Positions 1 through 7,029 of a stretch of 24,000 bases of DNA are shown in pieces (position 1 is the stretch's first letter; each line of letters opens with the position of its first letter). The stretch covers positions 2,874,054 through 2,898,053 of the forward strand of contig NZ_CP022823.1 of the NCBI RefSeq assembly GCF_002269255.1, given 5' to 3'. This stretch comes from Klebsiella quasivariicola. GTDB taxonomy: Bacteria > Pseudomonadota > Gammaproteobacteria > Enterobacterales > Enterobacteriaceae. A program made the translations under genes and the position numbers. The notes below the pieces were generated by a model. That model was not told the DNA's origin. It was given only the letters and a program-made list of their open reading frames with translations, and did no database searches.

Positions 1-777
1 GGCGCTGGCCATTCCCACCACCGGCACCAGCAGCGACAGCGGCGCCACCCGCCAGGTTTCATAGCGCCCCAGCAGCGAACCCCAGATACCATAGCCGACG
101 ATAGTAGCGATAAACGCCAGATAGAGCAGCGACAGTATCGTCAGCAGATCGATGTGTTGCAGACTCGCCAGCATGGTCTGCGGGCCATCAATCAACCATG
201 AGGCCAGCATAAACGGCAGCACCGGGATCAGCGCGCTCCACACCACCAGCGACATAATCGGCGGCCGGGCGGCATGCGACATGATTTTCTTGTTGAAGAT
301 ATTACCGCAGGCCCAGCTGAGCGCCGCCGCCAGGGTCAGCATAAAGCCCACCAGCGGCACATGCTCCCCGCCGAGGCTGCCCTCCACCAGTACCAGTACG
401 CCGAAGATTGCCAGCGCGATCCCCGCCAGCTGCTTGCCCTGCAGGCGTTCGCCAAAGACGAAGGCGCCGAGAATAATGGTAAAGAAGGCTTGCGCCTGCA
501 GTACCAGCGAAGCCAGCCCGGCAGGCATACCCAGGCCGATAGCGCAGAACAGGAAGGCAAACTGACCAAAGCTGATGGTCAGGCCATAGCCCAGCAGCAG
601 GCGCAGCGGGATGGCCGGTCGGGACACAAACAGCAGCGCCGGGAAGGCCACCAGCATAAAGCGCAGCCCCGCCAGCATCAGCGGCGGCATGTTGTGTAAT
701 CCCAGCTTAATCACCACGAAATTAAGCCCCCACACCACCACTACCAGCAGCGCCAGCAGTCCATCTTTCCTCGTCAT
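1..777 (-). CDS. eamA: O-acetylserine/cysteine exporter EamA (DMT/EamA family); N-terminal 259 codons, 3' end lies beyond the window edge
   Basis: The minus-strand frame is open from the ATG at 777-775 to position 1. It is missing from the ORF track because it is truncated. The translation MTRKDGLLALLVVVVWGLNFVVIKLGLHNMPPLMLAGLRFMLVAFPALLF... closely matches the E. coli EamA/YdeD N-terminus as I recall it. The gene is divergent from ydeE, as in E. coli. The plus-strand ORFs at 152-946 are antisense artefacts. Confidence 0.85.
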   Translation of the reverse strand, partial: MTRKDGLLALLVVVVWGLNFVVIKLGLHNMPPLMLAGLRFMLVAFPALLFVSRPAIPLRLLLGYGLTISFGQFAFLFCAIGLGMPAGLASLVLQAQAFFTIILGAFVFGERLQGKQLAGIALAIFGVLVLVEGSLGGEHVPLVGFMLTLAAALSWACGNIFNKKIMSHAARPPIMSLVVWSALIPVLPFMLASWLIDGPQTMLASLQHIDLLTILSLLYLAFIATIVGYGIWGSLLGRYETWRVAPLSLLVPVVGMASA

Positions 778-834
778 ACCCTGCCTCTGTCGTTATTGGA
801 ATTTTTGTGAACAAAATCAAAGTAACCAAAAAGC

Positions 835-888
835 GGCCGCCGGGATAGATCATTATTTTTGGCAGGGCCGGAAGTGCACCCGGCGGCC
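835..888. repeat. Perfect 10-bp inverted repeat GGCCGCCGGG (835-844) / CCCGGCGGCC (879-888) with a 34-bp spacer, in the eamA-ydeE divergent intergenic region
   Basis: Read directly from the sequence; the arms are exact reverse complements. Function is unknown (REP-like element or regulator dyad). Confidence 0.5.
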
Positions 889-971
889 GGGGCGACCTGT
901 ACAAGGCGTAATGGCCGTGTTATTTGTGATCGAAGACATAAAATGATAACAACATGACAGGCAAGGAAATC

Positions 972-2168
972 ATGATCACCACTCTCCGGCGCTCCACCAT
1001 TGCGCTGCTGGCATCGTCGTTGCTATTAACTATTGGCCGCGGAGCCACACTGCCGTTTATGACTATCTACCTCACCCGACGCTTTCAGCTGGAGGTGGAT
1101 GTGATTGGCTACGCCCTGTCACTGGCGCTGGTGATCGGTGTGCTGTTCAGCATGGGCTTTGGCATCCTCGCGGATAAGTTCGACAAAAAGCGCTATATGG
1201 TGTGGTCAGTGCTGGTGTTTATTCTGGGATTTAGCGCGATACCGCTGGTCAATAACGCTATCCTGGTAGTGATCTTCTTTGCGTTGATCAACTGCGCCTA
1301 CTCGGTGTTTTCCACCGTGCTAAAAGCCTGGTTCGCCGACCGGCTGACGCCGGAGAAAAAAGCGCGTATCTTCTCGCTGAACTATACCATCCTCAATATC
1401 GGCTGGACCGTTGGCCCGCCCATCGGCACCCTGCTGGTGATGCACAGCATCAATTTGCCATTCTGGCTGGCGGCCGCCTGCGCCGCTTTTCCGCTGGTGT
1501 TTATTCAGCTGTTTCTCCAGCGGGATGGCGCCGCCACGGCCCCGCCGGGCGCCGCGCCCTGGTCGCCGTCGGTGTTGCTGCGCGACCGGGCGCTGCTGTG
1601 GTTTACCTGTTCCGGGCTGCTGGCCTCCTTCGTCAGCGGCGCCTTCGCCTCCTGTCTCTCGCAGTATGTGCTGGTGGTCGCCAGCAGTGACTTCGCCGAG
1701 AAAGTGGTGGCCGTGGTGCTGCCGGTTAACGCCGCGGTGGTGGTCGCTTTGCAGTACGCGGTTGGCCGGCGGCTGAGCGCCAGAAATATTCGCCCGCTGA
1801 TGACCTTCGGCACCGTCTGCTTTGTTATCGGCCTCGTGGGCTTTATGTTCTCTGGCGCCAGCCTGTGGGCGTGGGGGATCTCGGCGGTGATCTTCACCCT
1901 CGGGGAAGTGATTTATGCCCCCGGGGAGTATATGCTGATTGACCATATTGCCCCGCCGGGGATGAAGGCCAGCTACTTCTCCGCCCAGTCGCTGGGGTGG
2001 CTGGGCGCGGCATTCAACCCGATGTTCACCGGGATGATCCTCACCCATCTGCCGCACTGGTCGCTTTTTGTCATTCTTATCGTGGCGATTGTCGCCGCCT
2101 GGCTGATGATTTTCCGCGGGATGAATGCCCGTCCCTGGCAGCCGGATTGTCCGCTGGCTAACGCCTGA
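972..2168 (+). CDS. ydeE: MFS transporter YdeE (dipeptide/arabinose-type exporter family)
   Basis: ORF 954-2168. The protein (MITTLRRSTIALLASSLLLTIGRGATLPFMTIYL..., FGILADKFDKKRYM, YAPGEYMLIDHIAPPGMKASYFSAQSLGWLGAA) is collinear with E. coli YdeE as recalled. I prefer the ATG at 972 because AAGGA lies 5-6 nt upstream and E. coli YdeE starts at the equivalent position; 954 remains possible. Confidence 0.85.
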   Translation: MITTLRRSTIALLASSLLLTIGRGATLPFMTIYLTRRFQLEVDVIGYALSLALVIGVLFSMGFGILADKFDKKRYMVWSVLVFILGFSAIPLVNNAILVVIFFALINCAYSVFSTVLKAWFADRLTPEKKARIFSLNYTILNIGWTVGPPIGTLLVMHSINLPFWLAAACAAFPLVFIQLFLQRDGAATAPPGAAPWSPSVLLRDRALLWFTCSGLLASFVSGAFASCLSQYVLVVASSDFAEKVVAVVLPVNAAVVVALQYAVGRRLSARNIRPLMTFGTVCFVIGLVGFMFSGASLWAWGISAVIFTLGEVIYAPGEYMLIDHIAPPGMKASYFSAQSLGWLGAAFNPMFTGMILTHLPHWSLFVILIVAIVAAWLMIFRGMNARPWQPDCPLANA

Positions 2169-2186
2169 CACCAGCTGGCATGCGGC

Positions 2187-2226
2187 TGTCGGGTTGATGT
2201 CGGGCCGTTGTCGGGTCGCTGTCGTG
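2187..2226 (+). repeat. Four direct heptamer repeats with exact 11-bp periodicity: TGTCGGG (2187), TGTCGGG (2198), TGTCGGG (2209), TGTCGTG (2220)
   Basis: Read directly: TGTCGGGTTGA TGTCGGGCCGT TGTCGGGTCGC TGTCGTGGTGG. The array lies between the ydeE stop (2168) and the likely start of the XRE gene (2298). Confidence 0.8.
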
Positions 2227-2297
2227 GTGGCTGGCGGCCCGGTTCACCATACTCCATCACAGGTTTACATCCGCAGAACGTTATGGAGCATACGAAT

Positions 2298-2780
2298 ATG
2301 AACAGCACCAATCAGGTCAAACAATTACGGCTGCAGCGCGCCTGGTCCCAGGAGCAGCTGGCCGAAATGGCGGGTCTCAGCGTCCGCACGATCCAGCGTA
2401 TTGAGAATGGCGAACGCCCGGGGCTGGAGACCCTCAGCGCCCTCGCCGCGGTCTTTGAGGTGACGGTGGCCGAGATCGGCGGCGAATCCCGGCGGGAAGA
2501 CGCGCCGGGCCCGGAAGCCTCGCTCGATCTGCGCATCGAGGAAGCCAAAGCGCGGGTGCATCAGGAGAGCCGCTTTTTCCGTTCGCTGTCGGTGGCGCTG
2601 GTGGTCTGCGTGCTGCTGGCGGTGCTCAACCACTTCACAAACCCGCAGTACGCCTGGTCCGGCTGGGTGGCCCTGATCTGGGGCGCTCTGCTGGTGGTAA
2701 GAGGATTACGCCTGTTTGTGTTCGGCGAATGGATCAAAAACTGGCGGCAGGCGCGCCTGCAGCGGCTGTTGCGCAAATAG
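2298..2780 (+). CDS. XRE-family helix-turn-helix transcriptional regulator with a C-terminal two-transmembrane (2TM-type) domain
   Basis: ORF 2208-2780. The N-terminal NQVKQLRLQRAWSQEQLAEMAGLSVRTIQRIENGERPGLETLSALAAVFEVTVAEI is a typical HTH_3/XRE motif. The C-terminus carries two hydrophobic helices (LSVALVVCVLLAVLNHF, GWVALIWGALLVV) followed by a basic tail. I prefer the ATG at 2298 because GGAG lies 8 nt upstream and the HTH begins straight after it. A start at 2208 would translate the repeat array. Confidence 0.75.
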   Translation: MNSTNQVKQLRLQRAWSQEQLAEMAGLSVRTIQRIENGERPGLETLSALAAVFEVTVAEIGGESRREDAPGPEASLDLRIEEAKARVHQESRFFRSLSVALVVCVLLAVLNHFTNPQYAWSGWVALIWGALLVVRGLRLFVFGEWIKNWRQARLQRLLRK

Positions 2781-2788
2781 CTCGCATA

Positions 2789-2810
2789 CCGGCGGCGCGC
2801 ACGCCGCCGG
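2789..2810. terminator. GC-rich hairpin (9-bp perfect stem CCGGCGGCG / CGCCGCCGG, loop CGCA) between the convergent XRE gene and urtE
   Basis: Read directly. It sits in the 35-nt gap between two convergent stop codons. There is no U-tract, so it is not a canonical intrinsic terminator. Confidence 0.5.
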
Positions 2811-2815
2811 CCTGG

Positions 2816-3514
2816 TCAGATGGTCACCATGGCGCGCACGCCGTCGCTCTCCATATCACCGCCCTTGCCCTGCTGGACGATGGCGCCGCGCGACATCACC
2901 AGGTAGTGGTCCGCCAGCCCGGCGGCAAAGTCATAGAACTGCTCCACCAGCAGGATCGCCATATCCCCGCGGCTCGCCAGCTGGCGGATCACCTCGCCAA
3001 TCTCTTTGATAACCGAAGGCTGGATCCCCTCGGTGGGTTCATCGAGGATCAGCAGCTGGGGACGGCTGGCCAGCGCGCGGCCGATCGCCAGCTGCTGCTG
3101 TTGGCCGCCGGATAAATCACCGCCCCGCCGCTGCTTCATGGTCCTGAGCACCGGAAAAAGCTGGTAGATCTCCTCCGGCACCTGCTGCGCTTCACGGGCG
3201 GGAAAGCGCGACAGCCCCATCAGCAGGTTTTCTTCCACCGTCAGGCGCGGAAAAATCTCGCGCCCCTGGGGGACGTAGGCGACCCCGGCCTGTACCCGCT
3301 GGTGCGGTTTGCGATGGGTGATGTTCTGATCTTGCCAGCGCACCTCACCGCTGCGCGCCGGGATCAGCCCCATCAGGCATTTCAGCAGCGTGGTCTTACC
3401 GACGCCATTGCGCCCCAGCAGGCAGGTGACTTCGCCCTGGCGGGCGGAAAATTCCACCCCACGCAAAATATGGCTGCCGCCGTAGTACTGATGTAACTGA
3501 CTCACCTGTAACAT
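2816..3514 (-). CDS. urtE: Urea ABC transporter ATP-binding protein UrtE
   Basis: 232-aa LivF-like ABC ATPase with Walker A GRNGVGKTT, signature LSGGQQQ and Walker B LLILDEP. It is the last gene of a five-gene urtABCDE-type cluster. GGAG RBS upstream. Confidence 0.85.
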   Translation of the reverse strand: MLQVSQLHQYYGGSHILRGVEFSARQGEVTCLLGRNGVGKTTLLKCLMGLIPARSGEVRWQDQNITHRKPHQRVQAGVAYVPQGREIFPRLTVEENLLMGLSRFPAREAQQVPEEIYQLFPVLRTMKQRRGGDLSGGQQQQLAIGRALASRPQLLILDEPTEGIQPSVIKEIGEVIRQLASRGDMAILLVEQFYDFAAGLADHYLVMSRGAIVQQGKGGDMESDGVRAMVTI

Positions 3515-3523
3515 TGGCGCTCC

Positions 3524-4321
3524 TTAACGTCCCAGATAAACTTCAATGACCTGCTCATTGGCCTGCACCTCGCGCAGCGATCCCTCCGCCAGCACCTGGC
3601 CCTGATGCAGGACCGTCACCCGGTCGGCGATGGTCTCGACAAATCCCATGTCGTGCTCCACCACCATCAGAGAGTGCTGTCCGGCCAGGGTACGAAACAG
3701 CTCCGCCGTATACTCCGTTTCCGCATCGGTCATGCCGGCCGCCGGCTCATCAAGCAGCAGCAGATGCGGCTCCTGCACCAGCAGCATGCCGATCTCGAGA
3801 AACTGCTTCTGACCATGGGACAGCAGACCGGCCTGGCGGTAGCGCTCGCCGTCGAGACGCAGCAGGCGCAGCACCTCATTGAGCCGATCGCCCTGTTCGC
3901 TGCTCAGCCGGGCGCGCAGGCTGGCCCACACCGATTTATCCCCCTTCATCGCCAGGGCGAGATTTTCCGCCACCGTCAGCGCTTCGAAGACCGTCGGTTT
4001 CTGAAACTTGCGCCCGATGCCCTGGCGGGCGATGGCCACTGGGTCAAGAGTAGTCAGATCCACCGACTGGTCATAGAGCGCTTTGCCGCTCTGCGGTCGG
4101 GTCTTGCCGGTGATCACGTCCATCAGGGTGGTCTTGCCCGCCCCGTTGGGGCCGATCACACAGCGCAGTTCGCCGACGCCTATCGCCAGCGACAGATCCG
4201 TTAGCGCCTGAAATCCGTCGAAATTGACGTTGATGTTCTCCAGCTGCAGCACCGGATCGGTTTGTTCGCGAAAACGATCTCCGGGCAGCTGACGGGTAAA
4301 CAGTCCTTCATCCGGTTGCAT
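3524..4321 (-). CDS. urtD: Urea ABC transporter ATP-binding protein UrtD
   Basis: LivG-like ABC ATPase with Walker A GPNGAGKTT, signature LSHGQKQ and Walker B LLLLDEP. I chose the start at MQPDEGLF (ATG 4321-4319), which overlaps the urtC stop in a TAATG arrangement. The 366-aa track ORF extends 101 codons into urtC in another frame and that extension looks non-coding (Arg/Gly-rich). Confidence 0.8.
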   Translation of the reverse strand: MQPDEGLFTRQLPGDRFREQTDPVLQLENINVNFDGFQALTDLSLAIGVGELRCVIGPNGAGKTTLMDVITGKTRPQSGKALYDQSVDLTTLDPVAIARQGIGRKFQKPTVFEALTVAENLALAMKGDKSVWASLRARLSSEQGDRLNEVLRLLRLDGERYRQAGLLSHGQKQFLEIGMLLVQEPHLLLLDEPAAGMTDAETEYTAELFRTLAGQHSLMVVEHDMGFVETIADRVTVLHQGQVLAEGSLREVQANEQVIEVYLGR

Positions 4322-5394
4322 TAGCGGTCTCCTCGACGCAGCAGGCCCATCACCCCGCGGGGTAAAAACAGGGTCACGATGATAAAGATGAGGCCCAGAA
4401 ACAGCTGCCAGTACTCCGGCATCGCCACGGTGAAAATGCTTTTCGCGCCGTTGACCAGCCCGGCGCCAAGCACCGGACCGATCAGGGTGCCGCGCCCGCC
4501 GAGCGCCACCCAGATGGCGGCCTCGATGGAGTTGGTCGGCGACATTTCGCTGGGGTTGATGATCCCAACCTGCGGGACATATAACGCCCCCGCCAGACCG
4601 CAGAGCACCGCCGACAGCGTCCACACCAGCAGCTTAAAGCCGCGCGGGTCGTAGCCGCAGAACATCAGCCGGTTTTCGGCATCCCGCACCGCGGTGAGGA
4701 TCCGGCCAAACTTACTCTGCGCCAGCGCCGAACCCAGCCACAGGGTCAGCAACAGCAGCAGGACGGTGGTCATAAACAGAGCAGCGCGGGTGCCGGTGGC
4801 AGTGATCGGAAAGCCCAGCAGCGTGGTAAAACCGGTGAAGCCATTGTTGCCGCCAAACCCGGTCTCGTTGCGAAAGAACAGCAGCATGCCGGCATAGGTC
4901 AGCGCCTGGGTCATGATCGAGAAATAGACCCCTTTGATCTTCGAGCGAAAGGCAAACCAGCCGAAGACCAGGGCCAGCAGACCGGGTACCAGCACCACCA
5001 GCGCCATCGCCCAGGCGAAATGCTGCGTGCCCCACCAGAACCAGGGCAGCTCGCTCCAGGAGAGAAAAGACATAAACGCCGGCAGACCGTCGCCCGCCGC
5101 CTGACGCATCAGGTACATCCCCATGGCGTACCCGCCGAGGGCAAAGAAAATCCCGTGCCCCAGCGACAGCATGCCCGCATAGCCCCAGACCAGATCCAGC
5201 GCCACCGCCACAATGGCGTAGCAGAGGATTTTGCCGCTCAGCGTCAGCAGCCAGCTCGGCACCGCCAGCGGATGCGAGGCCGGCAGCAGCGCCAGGAATG
5301 GCATACTCAGCAGCCCCAGCACCAGTAAGATCCCCAGCCAGCGCAGCGGCCGCGGCGCGCGCTGCGCCAGCGTTAAGGTGATTGGTTGGCTCAT
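4321..5394 (-). CDS. urtC: Urea ABC transporter permease UrtC
   Basis: 357-aa polytopic LivM-like permease. Its ATG overlaps the urtB stop (ATGA) and its stop overlaps the urtD start, which indicates translational coupling. Confidence 0.85.
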   Translation of the reverse strand: MSQPITLTLAQRAPRPLRWLGILLVLGLLSMPFLALLPASHPLAVPSWLLTLSGKILCYAIVAVALDLVWGYAGMLSLGHGIFFALGGYAMGMYLMRQAAGDGLPAFMSFLSWSELPWFWWGTQHFAWAMALVVLVPGLLALVFGWFAFRSKIKGVYFSIMTQALTYAGMLLFFRNETGFGGNNGFTGFTTLLGFPITATGTRAALFMTTVLLLLLTLWLGSALAQSKFGRILTAVRDAENRLMFCGYDPRGFKLLVWTLSAVLCGLAGALYVPQVGIINPSEMSPTNSIEAAIWVALGGRGTLIGPVLGAGLVNGAKSIFTVAMPEYWQLFLGLIFIIVTLFLPRGVMGLLRRGDR

Positions 5395-6968
5395 CAGTCA
5401 ATAACCCTCCCTTTCAGCGCGAACAGACCCTGCGGGCGTTTCTGAATAAACAGAATAATCATCACCAGGATCAGGATTTTGCCCAGCACCGCGCCCATCT
5501 GGGGTTCGAGAATTTTGTTAAAAATGCCCAGCCCAAAGGCCGCCGCCACGCTGCCGGCCAGCTGGCCGACGCCGCCCAGCACCACCACCAGAAACGAGTC
5601 AATGATGTAGCCCTGACCCAGCTCCGGCCCAACGTTGCCAAGCTGCGACAGCGCCACGCCGCCCAGCCCGGCAATACCGGAGCCGAGGCCAAAGGCCAGC
5701 ATATCCACCCGCCCGGTAGGCACGCCGCAGCAGGCGGCCATCGCCCGGTTCTGCGTCACGGCGCGGACGTTCATCCCCAGACGGGTGCGGTTCAGGATGA
5801 GCCAGGTAAAGCACAGCACCAGCAGGACGAACGCCAGCACCGCCAGCCGGTTCCACGGCAGGATCAGGTTCGGCAGGACCTGCACGCCGCCGGAGAGCCA
5901 GGCGGGATTAGCCACTTCGACGTTCTGCGCGCCAAACAGCATCCGCACCAGCTGGATAAGCATCAGGCTGATCCCCCAGGTGGCGAGCAGCGTTTCCAGC
6001 GGCCGACCATACAGATGACGAATAATGGTGCGCTCCAGCGCCATACCGATCCCGGCGGTCACCAGAAACGCCACCGGTAGCGCGACCAGCGGATAAAAGG
6101 CCAGCCACTGCGGCGCGATCTGCGCCAGCGCCTGCTGGACCAGCCAGCAGCTGTAGGCGCCGATCATTAACATCTCGCCGTGGGCCATGTTAATCACCCC
6201 CAGCAGGCCGTAGGTGATCGCCAGCCCCAGCGCCGCCAGCAGCAGCACCGAGCCCAGCGACAGCCCCATAAAGGCCTGGCCCAGCAGATCGCCGAGCAGC
6301 AGACGATGTTTGATCTTCTGCAGACTGTCGCTGGCCGCCTCGCGCACCGCCGCATCCGGCTCATGCTGGGCATCGGTAAAGGGGATCAGCAGCGCCTGGG
6401 TCTCCGGGTCCGCCGAATGGCCGAGCAGCGTCACGGCGGCCAGCCGCGCGCTGGCCTCAGGCTGAGTGAGCTGCAGGCGCGCCAGCGCCACCTCCAGCAG
6501 GCCGCGCACATTATCATCGGTTTCCGCCTTCAGCCGCTGTTGCAGCAGCGCGGCCATGGCCGGGGTCGCTTCCCGCTGTAGCGTACGCGCGGCGGAAGCC
6601 CTCTCCGTGACGTTGTCACTTAAAATAAGGTGGCTGGCCAGCGCGCCGGCAGCCAGATTGCGCAGCCGGTTGGTCAGACGGACCGGTCGGGTTTCGCCCT
6701 GCGGCGCGGCGGCAGCGCCCAGTGGCTGTAATCCGCCCTGTCGGGTGCGGAAAGCATGTTTTCCGTAGTCCATCACCAGGCTCTCGGTGGTCAACGCCCG
6801 CAGCAGCGGCAGGCGATCCGCCTGCGGTGCTGCCGCCCACTCAGTCAACAGCTGCGCCTGCTGGCTGCGGCTGGCGGCAACGAAGTCGTCCGCCTCCGCG
6901 GCCTGCGCCCGCCATGGCAGCAAGGTCAGCAGTAGCGCCAACACACTCATGAGACGCAATGCGTTCAT
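5394..6968 (-). CDS. urtB: Urea ABC transporter permease UrtB with an N-terminal ~225-aa secreted, repeat-containing extension
   Basis: 524 aa. Residues from about 226 onward form a LivH-like permease core (GLAITYGLLGVINMAHGE...). Residues 1-23 look like a signal peptide (MNALRLMSVLALLLTLLPWRAQA/AE). Residues 24-225 are Ala/Leu/Arg-rich and helical, resembling HEAT repeats. Confidence 0.85.
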   Translation of the reverse strand: MNALRLMSVLALLLTLLPWRAQAAEADDFVAASRSQQAQLLTEWAAAPQADRLPLLRALTTESLVMDYGKHAFRTRQGGLQPLGAAAAPQGETRPVRLTNRLRNLAAGALASHLILSDNVTERASAARTLQREATPAMAALLQQRLKAETDDNVRGLLEVALARLQLTQPEASARLAAVTLLGHSADPETQALLIPFTDAQHEPDAAVREAASDSLQKIKHRLLLGDLLGQAFMGLSLGSVLLLAALGLAITYGLLGVINMAHGEMLMIGAYSCWLVQQALAQIAPQWLAFYPLVALPVAFLVTAGIGMALERTIIRHLYGRPLETLLATWGISLMLIQLVRMLFGAQNVEVANPAWLSGGVQVLPNLILPWNRLAVLAFVLLVLCFTWLILNRTRLGMNVRAVTQNRAMAACCGVPTGRVDMLAFGLGSGIAGLGGVALSQLGNVGPELGQGYIIDSFLVVVLGGVGQLAGSVAAAFGLGIFNKILEPQMGAVLGKILILVMIILFIQKRPQGLFALKGRVID

Positions 6969-6988
6969 GTCGTTCTCCTCTGGTCAGC

Positions 6989-7022
6989 GGCCGACGGTCC
7001 CTATGCTTCAGCCCCGCCGGCC
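6989..7022 (-). other. Intercistronic stem-loop between urtA and urtB (9-bp arms GGCCGACGG / CCGCCGGCC, one mismatch)
   Basis: Read directly. Its position just after the binding-protein gene fits the mRNA-stabilising or attenuating hairpins often found after ABC substrate-binding genes. Confidence 0.4.
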
Positions 7023-7029
7023 CTGGCGC

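Noticed and set aside
152-946. Plus-strand ORFs 152-565, 274-699 and 611-946
   Set aside because: They are antisense to, or overlap, the clearly recognisable eamA frame and have non-protein-like composition.
1320-2171. 283-aa minus-strand ORF
   Set aside because: It is antisense to ydeE and is an Arg/Gly/His-rich artefact.
2187-2226. Could the short repeats be a CRISPR remnant or a minisatellite?
   Set aside because: The unit is only 11 bp (a 7-bp repeat plus a 4-bp spacer) and no cas genes are present. That is far too short for CRISPR, and the phasing is better explained as protein-binding sites.
2208-2297. Upstream start for the XRE-2TM gene (190-aa version)
   Set aside because: The extension (MSGRCRGGWRPGSPYS...) is non-protein-like, translates the 11-bp repeat array and has no RBS. 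The ATG at 2298 has GGAG at good spacing and starts directly at the HTH.
2169-2297. MgtS (YneM) small protein and MgrR sRNA, expected next to ydeE by E. coli synteny, plus a PhoP box
   Set aside because: No ~31-aa hydrophobic ORF and no terminator-bounded sRNA fit in this 129-nt spacer. Only a single GGTTTA half-site (2262-2267) is present, which is not a PhoP direct repeat.
4322-4624. 101-codon N-terminal extension of the urtD ORF (366-aa version)
   Set aside because: The extension overlaps urtC out of frame and is Arg/Gly-rich. The internal ATG at 4321 gives a standard ~265-aa LivG-like ATPase and a coupled TAATG junction.
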